A stretch of DNA of 64,000 nt from the human T2T-CHM13v2.0 reference genome, Homo sapiens (GCF_009914755.1 NC_060936.1), one strand, 5' to 3'; positions 27,518 through 41,642 are shown, counted from the first letter of the stretch. The notes: generated from the letters alone by a model not told the origin. Made by a program: numbers and translations.

Positions 27518-28086
27518 AAGACAAATATCTCCCCATTTCCCAGTCCTTAAATTTCATTCAAAATCACTTATTTCATATTGGCCCTTGAGATACAAGTCTG
27601 TAGAAATTGCTTGACAAACCCATATTGCAAGGCCTCTGTCCTTCCATTTGTCCAGCAGAGGTCTCTGTCATTGTGTGAAAAAGAGATCTCTAACTACTAC
27701 AATCTGCTGATGATTGGTGGCTTCATCTTTCTTTCAGTAGAACTGTCTTCATCATTAATAAATAGCACATGGTTTGTATTAAAACACATTTGAATTTATA
27801 AATTGTTACTTAATTGTTCAACATCTGTTAGTCTGTTAGCTATCCGGAGACTGTATCTATACACAGTGCCTGGCTCATAAAGGGTATGTAACAAATACAG
27901 TCATAATTGGAGCTAAATACTACTTTATTTAAAGAAAGACCCTTTCACTATGCAGAGCATGAGTCATTTCTAATGGACACTTTGTGGAATTTACATTGTA
28001 ACTATTGGTTCCTTAGCACCAAGGAACAATCTAAGTTTTGGCGTAAAGGCCGACACAGACACCCAAATTTTAGAGGTAGAAAAATA

Positions 28087-28419
28087 CAGTCATGCGCCAC
28101 ATAAAGACCTTTCTGTTAATGATGGGCTGCATTTATGACAGTGTTCCCATAAAACTATAATAGCATATTTTCACTATACCTTTTATGTTTAGGTACACAA
28201 ATACTTAACCATTGTGTTACGATTGCCTACAGTGTTCAGTACAGTCACATATTGTGGATTTTTTATAGCAACAGGCTATACCTATAGTCTAGGTGTGTAG
28301 GTGGCTATTCCATACAGCCTGGGTAGGTAGTAGGTTATATTATTTAGGTTTGTGCAACAAAATCCCCTAAGGGATGCAATTTTTAGAATGTATCCTTATC
28401 ATTAAACAATGCACGACTG
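28087..28419 (-). mobile_element. Tigger3a/MER7A DNA transposon (TcMar)
   Basis: TIRs cagtcatgc...gcacgactg flanked by TA duplications (28085-86, 28420-21). Confidence 0.85.
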
Positions 28420-29989
28420 TACTTGTGAAATGATGCTGGTGTACTGCTGAAGCTGTGTTTTTGTCACTGTGAAATTATTTTTTTATTAAGCCTATTATAG
28501 TAGGTCAATGAGTTCAGACAATTATAATACAAACTGGCAGATAACCATAAAAGAATTGCCATTTAGAGGCAAAAAAAGCTCTTTAAATGTGTATATTGCT
28601 TTTCATACGCATTTAAAGGAAACTTGCTAAAGTGGCCCTAACCTAATAATATATGCATTTTTATACATGCAATTGGGAATTCTGCTTATTCATAGTTAAC
28701 GTGCTTTTCTGTTTTCATTATTTTTTTCATAGCTTTGTTGTTTTGGCTCTATTTGATCACTCCCTTGTCTTGAATATCTCTTTGTCTTAGATTTGTTTCA
28801 TCTTTTGCTATGCCTGTCAGTAGCCTCTTCTTTATCCTAACCATTCACTATTGACATCAGCTAAGTTGGTCAGATGTGTTCTTGTTTCTTCATTGTAATT
28901 ATTAGTAGAGCTCTGTGAAGACTCAAAAGAGTTGGTGTTTCTCAGGTGGCAAACAAATCAGTATGTTAAGATGGTATGGAGCAGTTAATTTCCCTAGAAA
29001 TAGTAAATGTTTAAATATTTCTGTCTCTTCTCCATACACTATCATCATTTTTCTAAGCTGACAAACTGCCTCTGGAAAACAGAGCTCGTTTGCTCTAATC
29101 CTTAACTCTCACTTCTGCTTGGATGCTTGACCCTGGAACTCAGATCATCTTATTTCTGTGGTTGGCTCTGCTTCAAGATGCTGCCTCCCAATCTCTGCAG
29201 TTCCAATCTGTCTGTGGCTGGGTAACTTGATCTTTGGTGCTAATCACTTCCTTTGCTTCATAAGCTGGCATCACACTTCTGACCCAGCCAGTACCCACTT
29301 CCTATTTAACCACAGAAAACGCCATTTCCATGACATTCTCTCTGGAGCTTGCTGTTTAACATAGTTTCAATACCCTTTTCTCAAAGATAGGTCCCGTTTG
29401 AAACTCTACCTTTACACCTTTTCAAATACGTAGGAAGATTGCACTTAGATGATCCTAGTAGAATCAAACATATACAGGGAGAGAAAGATTAACCCAGAAC
29501 TCTCTCCAAACATTATGTCTGTATCTTGTATTAGAAAAATTATAATGTTTCTGTGTGATTTTTTATTGTTGCCTTGAGTTATTATTTATTCATTTATATG
29601 GGATATCCTCAAGATGTTATATACTTCTTGAATAATCGTATTTTTAATTTCTTTATGTGCCCACACTTGTTCCACAGGGATAGGAACTCAATGAAGTATT
29701 TTTTGATTGAAATAATCCCAAGAGTTTCCTTTCCGGATCATCAGACCAGGAAGTAGGAGCCAGGATTCACTATCAACTCTCTTACTAAGTAGCTGCTCTG
29801 TCTTCTGAAATCATCTCAGTTTCGATATGTATAGAATGTGGACAACTACATGATCCTCACATATCTTCTAGAATCTTTAGGCATACAGCTCTAGAAGTCT
29901 GTAATCTTAAAAGCAGAAATTTATTTTCATAGTAAATATTTTATGGTGTTTTAGTTGTATAAAGAAGAGTTGCCAGAGAAAAGACTTAA

Positions 29990-31020
29990 ATGTTAGAGAT
30001 TCATAGATTCAGTATTCCTAGGGTTGAAGTAGATCTTAAAGATCATCCAGTCCAATCAGCTTTCCAATGCTTGGATCCCCTCCACAACAGCTCTTCCTAG
30101 TATTTGCCTAGCTTTTGCTCGGCAATTTCCAAGTGACAAATAACTCACTACCTCATAAGCCAGCCCATTTTGTATAGAATTCTGACACCCCACTGTTCTT
30201 TCTTACATCGAGATGAAGAATAATTTTGTACAACTTTAATACTTTGGTTCTAGTTTCGTATCCTTACTTACAATGAAAAGGACAATAGCTCTTATACAGA
30301 ACAACTCTTCAAATGTTGTGATCAGCTACTTGGTAGTTCAGCAAAGGGAATAAACACACCATTCACTTATGTTCTCCGAACGTGATTCCAATCCTCTACA
30401 GGTGCCTAATTTTCTCCTCCAACCTTCCTCCAGGTTGATGATGTGCCTTTAAAAGTACAGTAACCAGGATGGATTCCATTGCTTGGCTGTTCTTTTATCA
30501 TAGCAGAGTAGAGTAGAAAAAACTTTCATATCAACTCTTATGTCTGTTAATGTGGCCTAAACTTATTAATCAATATTGACTTTAGAGTCACATGAATTTT
30601 TTATTTTTTTTCTTTAAAAACTTGCTTCCAAGAACTATACTTTTAGAGTAGGAGAATTTAGATCCCACTTACATCCATTCTTTCTATTTTTGGTGGGGGG
30701 GATAGCATTTAGGGGTAATACTAATCTTTTCACTTAGGATTCCTCCCCTTATTAGTAATCCATCAATCAGATACCTGAGCTGTGGAAACATTCATATCCA
30801 AGTGATTTTGGATGTGCTGATCAAGAACAGAGTGAGTCCTAATCATGCCACGAGAAACTTTGATCCCAGGTGACGTTACTCCACTCATCAGTGGGCAAGG
30901 ATTATTTAACCAGTTATAAATCCCACCTAACTGTTCCAGCACTCAGGCCCCATTTTGACATCTTGTCCCCAGGGATGTCATGAGTGATGGCTTGCTCACC
31001 ACCTTTCATTATCTGTTACT
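29990..31020. mobile_element. Ancient CR1/L3-like fragments
   Basis: atcttaaagatcatccagtccaa, aactcactacctcataagccagccc and agggatgtcatgag motifs. Heavily diverged. Confidence 0.45.
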
Positions 31021-32439
31021 AAGTAAAGTTGCCAAACAAACAAAGGACATTAGTCTGACATGGCTATTTTTAACATAGGTTAATTTACTTTGTTTCAAAA
31101 TAGATTAATGCCTTCAGATAAAATTAAAAGTCAAGCTAGTCAGGACTGCAATTATTTATGCATGATCACAGATCTTAGGGTTCATAGCCACTGTTCCTAG
31201 TTCTGACAGGACAGACAATGTAGCAGATAAAACTTTTCTGGGCCAAAAATATAGTGAAGTTTTAGTTTTAAGTATAAAGTTTGTATTTGTTTACGTACTA
31301 TCTTTGCTAAAGTGAAAACTCCTCGATGCCGATAGCCATGTCTTAGTCATTTTCCTAAAGTCCATAATTGGTACTCTGCATTTAAGAGTGGTTCAATATA
31401 TGTCTATTCACTGAAAGTAGGAATAAATAAATTATTTTGGATTATCTATGTCTTCTCTCCCTCCACCAAAAAAAAAAAAAAAATAAATCTCCTCAACTCT
31501 GGGTCATAAATGCCCTCTTGGTAATGCCTATATTCTGGTTGAACTCTTTCTCTTCAAGTAAACAGATAGAAACAAAAATGAGTTTTTGAATGGTTCCACT
31601 TATTTGCATATTCTATTCACATCAGATAAATCTTCATTTCATTCATTTTCTCTAAATTTATACATTACTAAACAAAAGTAACAATATAGATTCTATAATT
31701 CTCACTTTGGTCTTGGTGATTTTTCCAATTGTCTGTCTGTTTTGATGGATGGCATTCCTGCCACTGCTTTTACATGTCGATGCCACTTGCTTCTATCTAT
31801 TATTTGTCATATTCTCACTTTCCAATTTTTGTAACAAATCATTTCATGTCTGTTTTAGGCAGAAAACTCCCATTTCAGATACATTGCTTCTTCCTTAATC
31901 CACATCATCATAAATATAATTGTGTGTTACCATCCTCTGGAATTGCTTTGACAGTACACAGCCTTTGGTGTCCTAACTACCTTTCCATGTTAGTTAAGAC
32001 TGCACCTATTTCTAGCGTTTCAGTAGCAGTGTGTTTGGAATTGATGCTGTGGTAGGTCGTAAAGTGATTGACAGATGAGGAAAGAAAAAAGTAGTGAACA
32101 ACTCAGTCTTGTACATTAAATGCAGGGTAAAGATAAGTCAATATTTGGAGATAATGGCAAGATCAAGTGATAGCTTTTAAAAGTGTGAATTAGACATGAG
32201 CATATTTGAGCAATAATGAAAATATCAGAGATGCATTGCATATGGATGCATAAATTGAGGGGTGGGGAGAGATCATGGTCATTGTGCTGTCAAGTCTTAA
32301 CAGGATGCTATTACATCCTGAATCTATGTTCCAGGAAGTCAGCAGAAGTACATATCGGTCCTGTTGTCATGGGGATACAAACCAAACCTGTTTATTTAAT
32401 TTTTCATCCTGGGATTTGTGACATTGAAAGACAATAAAT

Positions 32440-32722
32440 GGCCAGGCACAGTGGCTCATGCTTGTAATCCCAGCACTTTGGGATGCCAAGGCGGGCAGAT
32501 CACCTGAGGTCAGGAGTTAAGAGACCAGCCTGGCCAACATGGTGAAACCCCATCTCTACTGTAAATACAAAAATTAGCCAGGCATGGTGGTGGGTGCCTG
32601 TAATCCCAGCTACTAGGGAGGTTGAGGCAGGAGAATCATTTGAACTGGGAGGCGGAGGTTGCAGTGAGCCGAGATTGTGCCACTGCACTCCAGCCTGGGT
32701 GACAGAGTGAAATTCTGTCTAA

Positions 32723-32761
<39 letters not shown>
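32440..32761 (+). mobile_element. AluSx-type with (CAA)n tail
   Basis: Full dimer. (AAC)~12 microsatellite in tail. TSD-like aaagacaataaat / aaagacaatgaac. Confidence 0.95.
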
Positions 32762-35700
32762 AAAGACAATGAACAAAAATACAAAGAAATAGAAATGACT
32801 CTAAAACCAGATCCCCGAGTAAGCTAGAAGGAATGCTTCCTCTGTTAGGTGGGTTTCCCTAAATTCAATTGTGGCCTTCAGGTAAACTTGGCTTAAATTA
32901 TGCTTTATTTTTCCTGAATAGTACTTACAAATGGAATTTGAATTCTTTACATGGAAGAACAAACCCTCACTGATTCATTTGAGTCTACATCACTCCTATT
33001 TATTTTCTGCCCATACACTGATACACATTTCAGTTGGGAAATCTTGCTCCTACATTATAGGTAATAATAATCTAAATGAGAACTGTAAACCCTAGTAAGA
33101 ACAGAATAATTTTTTCAAAAGATATATAAAAACTTGAAATCTCCTATTAGTACCACAGCTTTTTCTATCCTACTTTTGTAATTTGAGTGAACTAACCATT
33201 TGAAAAGGATGTCATAAGAAAATTTTAAAATAAAATAATTTTGGTTGGTTTCTGTTAGGTTTATTCAATTGCTTTTCAATACAGTGCTTCCTTTGAGTTT
33301 TGGGGTTTCCATACTGATATTGTCTATGCTAGTAATACATTAGTAAGAACAGACATATTGTTGCACATATTGAGTTTGATTCTTCATGGGTAGGAGTTAT
33401 CCATACAATCACATCGACTGATCCTTCCTATCTGAAGTTTATGTTATTACCCTAGCATTTCGAAGTATTATATAAAGCAAACAAGATATCCTTTCCAAAT
33501 ATTTCCCTTTGTGAATTACTACAAACATCTCCTTTGCTGTTCATCATTTCTGATAGAACCAAGGAAACATTTTCATAGTTTCATTTATACAGCTTTCCCT
33601 TTCCACACCATATTTCTTTATAGACATGTAGTATAGCTGCTTTCAACTTAAGTCATGTGTCTCTGCTCTTTTGAGTTAAACCTTTTAAGAGTTATAAATC
33701 TTAGCACATGGTTCAGAATTTCAAATTTGGTACTTTGACATCACTATCTCTTTCCCGTAGTTCTTTCCCTGGCATACTATTCTATTTTCTAGTTCTATTT
33801 TTACTGGTAGAAGAAAGAACACTGGCAATGCTCCTGGGTTTTAGAATTTTCCAGATCAAGACATTAAAATCATAATCACTCGAGATTTTTCCCTAGGTTC
33901 CTCAGATGCATGAATAAGCAGTACTAGGTTGTAGTCCCTGGGTTGGAAAAATGTGCATGGTCTTTCCATGACAACTTGGATACCCCTTCTAGGACCAAAG
34001 CAGACCTAAAACTGGTAGCCCTTAACTAAAGTATCAGTGGGGCCCATGTATCATTTCCTTTGGTGCAAATATGGTTTTCTGGAACCTGTTTAGACCTATG
34101 TTTTATTTTTATTTCTTCAAGTCTCATTTTCAGTAAAGACTTTGTTCTTTTTCCTGGAAGCTTTGATTCACCATTTATGTAGCTTCTACCTAGTTTCATA
34201 GGTATAGCATTTTGCTCCTGTCTTCCTCATCCATATTGCAGTCCTTAACAAGCTGCTGATTCTGGCTTTGTTTACACTCTACCTCTGCTGTTCTATGAAA
34301 TAAAGCAATATTACTCAGAGCTCAGAAACTTTCCCAGGTATAAACTGTGACCTGAATTAACTTTTGCTAGTTTCTGACTTTGGTGGGGTTGATGAGAATA
34401 TAATAGTAATTGAGTTAATTCTTATCTGCTCTGACCTAAAACACACAGTCAGTGAAAATGAGTAATAAAGGCTAAGTTTCTCAAAGGTTCTATACTTTTC
34501 TAGACTTTAACTTATATCTTGCATACCTTGATTTTGACAGAATATTGTTGGCAAAATTTCTAATGATTTAGGAATTTCTCATCAAAGTTAAATATGAAAT
34601 AAAAATATAAAATTTTAAGTGATAAGGGCAATTAAATATATTTTAAAAGTAAAGTGTCAATTATGGCAACTAAGATGATTATATATGTTGAAATATAAAT
34701 AAATATGACTATGATGTTAGCAAAATTAATACTCAAAAATAACCACTCACACTATAGTGACTGACACTGTAATATATTGGATATGACAGATCATTTGGTC
34801 AACCACTAGTTGTCAAATAAGATAAACCAAATTTTAAAATAATGTCTGGCATGTATATTTTAAACACAAAATAATCTGTGTCTCTCTTTTTTCCTCATGC
34901 AATAATATTATGTATAGCCTAAAGAGTTCCTCTACTGAGAAAGAGGAATACAAAAAGATTTAATTCCTTTGCTGGAGAACATATAATCACACACTGGCCA
35001 CACATCAGTTTCCTGTAGCTTCCGATGCTTTCTGTGGGTTTCACACTATGGAAGCCAGGAAAGGCATTTTTGGATACTGTAGTCATAAATCTGCAAACAT
35101 GAATATCGCAATCAGAAATTCTTTTGATGGTAGGGCAGAAAACTAAGTCCTGGAGTTGGGTATTCCTTGCAAATAATTATTACTCTATTTGAGAAACCAA
35201 AGGATGTACTAAGAAATTTGGATCATTCCATTCAGCACTTACCACTGTAGGTAGGAGTTTAATTCTTTCCCAATAATATAACTCTAAAAATTAATATATA
35301 GAAAGACAACCCCCCATAAGTGAAGGATATATATAATCATTTCAGAAATATCACAGATTCTTCTGACAATTATGTAAGTATGTATCATGTATGTATATAT
35401 CTGCTTATTTCTAAATACATATTTAAGTAGTACCATTTCAAATGTACTGATCTACATTTTTATTCTATTAGTCACTGACAATAACTAATTATAACACAAT
35501 ATCTATTGCCCTATTCTTTTCCCCACATCCATTCCTCAACTATACACCATAGAGTTTATTAGGGGGAAGCTATGATAGTTTTAAGCAAAAAAAAAATCAT
35601 GTTCTTTACATTTTATGTAACATATTATAAAGCTTTATTCTAACTTTTTAAAAATTCTTTTTAATTTTTTGTAGGCTTATCAATTCTTTCAACAAAAAAA

Positions 35701-36162
35701 CCTTTAAATCTACATAGCTAAGCTTTTATACACATTCATGCTTTAAGTGGCAGTATACTCAATGGTTTTAAGCTGATTTTGAAACATTGGCACCACGATG
35801 AATATCACAGTTATGCGATTTATGAAGACATTATTTACTCATTAATAAAATAAGGTTTATACCACTAGCATTTACTTTGTAGGCAACTGTGCCTGTCACA
35901 AGAGTTAGCATTAAATAAATTCTAGCTATTGTTATAAAGAGAGAAATAAAATGACTGAAAAGTTCACAATACCCTTTCACTAAGTTGTATTAAGCATTAT
36001 TCAGCTAAATTGAACATTTAAAGCTAATCAAAATATAAATTTTGTCAGGTAGAAAAGAGAAGAAATGAAAAGAAGAGCAATGAAATGAAATGAAAGATAG
36101 ATGGATACTGTGACATGACTAAAATGAGTGGCAGTGGAAAGTCTTAACACATGCATACTTAC

Positions 36163-36317
36163 GGAGCTGCCCAAGTCGAGCTTTTTCTTTTTTACCAAAC
36201 AAACGTCCTATTGAAGACTTGATTCCTTTCTTCTTGGGGGCTTTGTGAAGAGAGTCTTGGCTGCTGTTGGCACTACCAAGCCCGAGGCTTTCTGGCTCAA
36301 GAGAGACAGATAAACTA
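36163..36317 (-). CDS. PPFIA2: PPFIA2 coding exon, 155 nt, (S)[51 protein letters not shown](R)
   Basis: ttttgcag|TAGTTTA...CAGCTCC|gtaagt. Track ORF 36119..36367. Contains the conserved [18 protein letters not shown] liprin motif. Confidence 0.98.
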
Positions 36318-38060
36318 CTGCAAAACACAAAAGAGGAAAATACATGCAACATCCACAAGGTACACAAAAGTCATTTCCTTTATAAAATGCACCAAAGGAG
36401 GAACAAGCAGACTTGTAATGTTGTTTTTTCCCCTATTTTCCCATGTTTCCTTTTAAGATATTAAATGCAGTTTTTTTTTTCAGCCTTTGGGCCCTGAAAC
36501 TCCAAATTTCCATAAGATAAATTCATTTTTGCTCCGAATGTCTTTTTTTCTTTACTTTTTTGGTATAATCTCAAACTAATCAGTGAATATAGGCTGAGTT
36601 ATTAACTGCATGATAAATGGCCTTCTATTATGGAGCACTTGATCCATTGTCTATTTATTTCTCAGAGTCTGTTTTTCTAATCTTAAACATAATGACCTAC
36701 AGCAAGGAACTGAAATATAACTATTGTGAAATTGAAGCTGCTCTTCTAATCTACAGTTTTACTTGATTTTCCTCTAGCCATCGTTCCCTTTCTCAGTTTT
36801 GGAGCCAAATTCAGTTAATTTAAAATCATCTGGGTGCAATTTGGAAGCAACAAACCATGTATCCTCGTGATCAATGTATGTGTTTTCCTAATTAGAGTAC
36901 TCAAATATTATTTTAAATACATGTTAAACTGAAATGCTTTTCAAGCAGTTGGTTAAGTTTCAATTTATGGTCAATATATTTGACACCGTATTAATAGGAT
37001 GGGATCAATAGACATTGTTATTAGTTTCTATAGTTGTTAATTTTATAACACCATGATAAATTACTTACTTTTACTTACTCATGTGAATTAATTTGAACTC
37101 ACATTCCCTAACCTTCAAGCAATAGCTTTTTATATGTTGAAATATACTCTTTTTTGGAGAGTGAAAGAAGTAATATTTTGAAGCTGAAGTAACTGATTTT
37201 TCCACATTAACAACAAAAAATAGTTGGAAAAAAGAAATGACTGCCAACACAGAAAGCCCTACTTTTAAAAGCATTTATTGTAAAACATAATATCTAGAAG
37301 ATAGATATTTTTATTGAAGCATTCATCCTTAAGTCATTATATTTGGTTATATTAATTATGTGTCTACAGATGCTGCAATTGATGAGACAATAAGAGAAGA
37401 TATATTTCAGATATAAACTACATGCTTAGGTATATTCATATCATCAGTGATTATAGAGATCTGTTTGCAGTGCTTTATGCATATGGATAAGACAGTATAA
37501 AGAATTGTGATGACAAATGACATATTTCTCCATCTAGACTTATCTTTTTATTTAATATTTTAGCCAAGGATTTTTTTATTTTCTAATAACTTTCTGACTG
37601 AGGAGTTATTACTGCTGGCAGCAGCAGTACCCACAGGATGCACATACCTGTCTGCTAAAAGGCACAATCATATACTTTTCAGACTTTAATTACGCTTATA
37701 CTGCAATCCAAATTTATGATCTTGTCCTACAGTCTCCTTAGTTTTTTGTTAATATTTCTAGTAAGTCCTTCCTCTAGCCTGATCTCATTGTAATAGAAAA
37801 TATCCACTAAAAAATAGAAGAGTTATTCTTATCTATATTGACCAATAATAAGACCACAAAGATACAGTTAACTTTAAAAATACAAATTTGATATCAAAAT
37901 TGAAATTTGGTTATTTCACAAGTGATACTGGGAAAGGGAAGCTGGAGAATTCTGGCTCAAATAATGTAAATTGTTAAGCAGTCTATTCGACAACAACGAA
38001 GGAAGAGGAATATTTTTGGAAGGAGGGCATTCAGTGTGCAGTGTGCCTGCAGAGTCTTAC

Positions 38061-38191
38061 CTTCGAGCATCATTGTGGTAGGAAGAAGGGAGAGTGTGAG
38101 TCATTCTGAGGGCTCTAGGGGTAGGAGGAGGAGAAGTTTCACATTTAATTGTTGCTTTGTCCTCTCGACCATCTTCTTCCACAACTGCAAT
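38061..38191 (-). CDS. PPFIA2: PPFIA2 coding exon, 131 nt, IAVVEEDGREDKATIKCETSPPPTPRALRMTHTLPSSYHNDAR(S)
   Basis: tttgcttctag|ATTGCA...CGAAG|gtaaga. Phase 0 in, phase 2 out. Confidence 0.97.
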
Positions 38192-38454
38192 CTAGAAGCA
38201 AAAACAATACATTCAAATAAACCCTTTCTAAATTTCAGTTGAAATTGACACAAATGGAGAATCATGAGAACAAGGCTGTCGAGTAATTTTAATACAAAAT
38301 AAAACAACAAAACTTGGGGCATTTAAGTCTTACATACATAAATTCCCATTAAAGAGTTTGATTTTCACAAATATTTAAATTGGACACATTAAAATTAAAA
38401 AAAAATCATAGACCCACTACACAAAAATGTTTGATTAATAAAAACACCATAGAT

Positions 38455-38671
38455 CAAGCTTTTCCAACCCACAGCCTGCTGGAAACATATAGCCCAAGAC
38501 GGCTTTGAATGCAGCCCAACACGAATTCGTAAACTGTCTTAAAACGATTTATGCACGGACCTTTATTTTAAAGTTCATTAGCTATCATTAGTGTTAGAGT
38601 AGTTTATGTGTGGCCCAAGACAATTCTTCTTCTAATGTAGCCCAGGGAAGCCAAAAGATTAGACACTGCTG
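38455..38671. mobile_element. MER30 hAT DNA transposon
   Basis: caagcttttccaaccc...ggctttgaatgcagcccaacacgaattcgtaaac...cccagggaagccaaaagattagacac. Confidence 0.85.
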
Positions 38672-39863
38672 CCATAAATCAACTAGTTGCTGACTATTGA
38701 TCTATAGTGTTTATTGACATTGATCTATGATATTTTATAACATCAGAATATAAACTCTTTACAAAAAGGTATTAAACACACATTTGAACAATTCACTAAC
38801 ATATAGCATTATACATACTCAGGCTATCATAATAAAGACATCTTTTAAGTAGGGATTTTTGAAATGAGAAGTTGATAAAATATAACTTTATCAGATAAAG
38901 TGTTTTAAATCAGTCAGCCTAATGAAATGTATTACAGGGTATTTAAAATATGAGTTGTGGTTTGTAAGAAAAAAATCTCTTTTTAAAGAGAATAATAAAA
39001 GGTAAGATAGTAATGTTTTCAAATTGTTCCATTTTACTACCATGATGGGAAAACTGGCAAAGACATACAGAAAACCAAAAGAAGATGAGATGGGAGGGAT
39101 TTCCTTAAAGAACACTTTAGTACAGAATCCAGAATGACTCAGGATACTATCCATTTTGTCAGAGATGAAGATATAGAGCTGTAACTTAAAATTTTTTCCA
39201 ATGTCAAGTTAATTGTAGAGACATAGTTTTTACAACAATGCTGCATATTTTTCATGGCATCGTTGTGTATCACAATATGGAGAGATCAGGATTGTAGAAA
39301 ACACAGCTAAAGACTTATGGCTTTAGAGTTCTGATGAAAAAAGTTCTTAGTATGGCTAAACAAAAATTTTTAAAGTTCTAGGGAAATATTTTGTTTGTTT
39401 TTATGTAAAGCTGTTATTTATAAATGTGTTTATCTATAATAAAGACCTTGTAACTTTGAGGAACTTCATGAAATTGTCAGGACTTTTGTCACCCAATCTT
39501 AGGTTCCTTTTAACAGCTTAGGTAGGTAGGCATTTTTATATAATTCCTTTGCTCTATTCAACTAGCATATTGCCATCAGGAGAATCTTTTTTCAATAACT
39601 GCTTTCGGATTGATTCTGATGCTGTGGAAAACCTTTTTAAACCCACAACCCAGCTAAACTCTTAAGCGTGTTTCTGAACTATTCCTAATACATGTTAGTG
39701 TTTTCACAGTTCTGTGATCCCACCATGACTCTTCTCTGATTGTTTCTGCTAAGCATGGCCATTTTTGCTGTCAGAATTTTGCTTCTGAAACATCTTATAA
39801 AATACCCTCTTTGTCCTCCCTGCCAGCCAAACTATACTTATTCCCAATAACAGCTTCTAAAAA

Positions 39864-39960
39864 CAGCATGGCACATGTATACATATGTAACTAACCGGCA
39901 CATTGTGCACATGTACCCTAAAACTTAAAGTATAATAATAATAATAATAATAATAATAAA
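39864..39960 (+). mobile_element. Very short 5'-truncated L1PA 3' end with (AAT)n tail
   Basis: cagcatggcacatgtatacatatgtaactaacc...catgtaccctaaaacttaaagtataat is the L1PA 3' terminus. Confidence 0.92.
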
Positions 39961-40775
39961 TCATGTACAAAACTTTCCTCTGAATATCACTTAGAGTTTT
40001 GGAATTAGAGAGGGATTTGAATTCTGATTTTTCTTAAATGTTGAATAAATAGGCTGATTACTTACCTGCTCTAATATTACATTTCCTCATCAATAAAATG
40101 GAAGTGATACAACACTTTTCTTAATGTAGTCTTTTGAAGTGTAAATACCATCATTTATTTAACTCGTTCCCCGATACACAAGATTTTTTTGGTTGTGGTC
40201 CCTCTTTCCATGACTTTTCTCACAAATTATGTTGTTACTTCCTGAATTATTTGAGACTACATTTTCGTATAGAACCTTCCATCCTACCTTTCTATTTCTT
40301 ACAGCCATTAAACTTATATAGTCTTTTTAAGGTGATGGAGGTCAAAGAAAATAAGGACATTATACTTGGTAAATTTGGTAAATAAGAATGAACTGGTAGT
40401 GTTAAGGAGAAGAGGCTATAGGTAGATAGATAATAGCCCAGGAAAATAAAATGGTAATTCCATCTATTCAAGCCATGTAAGAATAATATAGATTCCTTTA
40501 TTTTTTTTAAAAAAAGGACATAAAAGTTATCTGGTTCCAGGAGTGTTCCAGTGTTTGGGTGTAAGCTGACTACCACATCTCGAAGATGCTGAGGAATAGA
40601 TTTTTGCACTGAATAGAAGTTTGAATCTTTGAAATCTTTTTCATCTGATGTCCCATGAGTGAAAGCTCTACTCAATTATCTAATAAGATGTCATTTTGTG
40701 AATCAGAACTTCAGTTCATTTTGTTTTCCATATTCCATATTTATTCTCTTGATTTCATTCCAAACAGAAAAGCGG

Positions 40776-41294
40776 TGTTTCGAACATATTTTTTTATTTT
40801 GCATAGTCTTGATGCTCTGGCATCTGGAGAGGATGCTCCTCTAACCCTAGGGATAGTTAATTCCTGGAAATAGCACATCACTCACCTATAAGTACACCTT
40901 TCACATGCAAACCAAACAACTCACAGCCCATACTCTAAATCATCTTCTCCATCTGGCTCTTACTCTCCAAGAGGCAATATTCCTCTGCCCTAATCACCTG
41001 TGGGCCAGGCTGAGACAACTAGAGAGAGTCCCTACATCCTGAGGCCAGACAAAATTAATCAGGCTAGCCATCCTAACCTGCTTATCCTGCCTTGTCTTGC
41101 CTTTCCCTAAGATACCTCAGAAAACCTTCTGCCCTGCTCCTTCTGCCTCCTGACTGACGCTGGTGCTGTCCTGAGGCACAGAGTACTCTCTCCTCTTGGG
41201 AACTGTGAGTAACAAGCTATCTTTTTTTGACAGCTTTCTCCCAATCTGTTGTCCTCACCCTATCAAAATAATAATAATAAAATATTTGAAAACA
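40776..41294 (+). mobile_element. Solo LTR, MER74-like (ERVL)
   Basis: tcttgatgctctggcatctgg...cctttcacatgcaaaccaaacaa matches the recalled MER74 consensus. TG...CA ends. Confidence 0.75.
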
Positions 41295-41642
41295 ACGAGC
41301 ATTATTTATTATATATTAAATATTAAAACATTTGTACTATATTATATTAATAAATATAAATACTTATATTAAAATATAAAATTACACCATCCTTGGTTTA
41401 AATATTCAATGGAAAACAGGATATTATGGTTCTTATAATCTAATTATTGCTCCAGAAATCATAAACAATTTTATCTTTGAAGTATTTTCTATTATAATCA
41501 AATTTAAACAATTCAATACACTTTAAATACTCTCAACTTTTTAATGTTTTATCAACATTCGACTAGAGGGAATATTATTTTAAAGCTTTCATAGAATAAA
41601 ACAGTATTCAATTCGTAATGATGTAAAAGTTATTTACTGTAC

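Noticed and set aside
40060-40075. Perfect minus-strand donor CAG|gtaagt
   Set aside because: Lies in MIR-like sequence with no credible acceptor or pyrimidine tract upstream.
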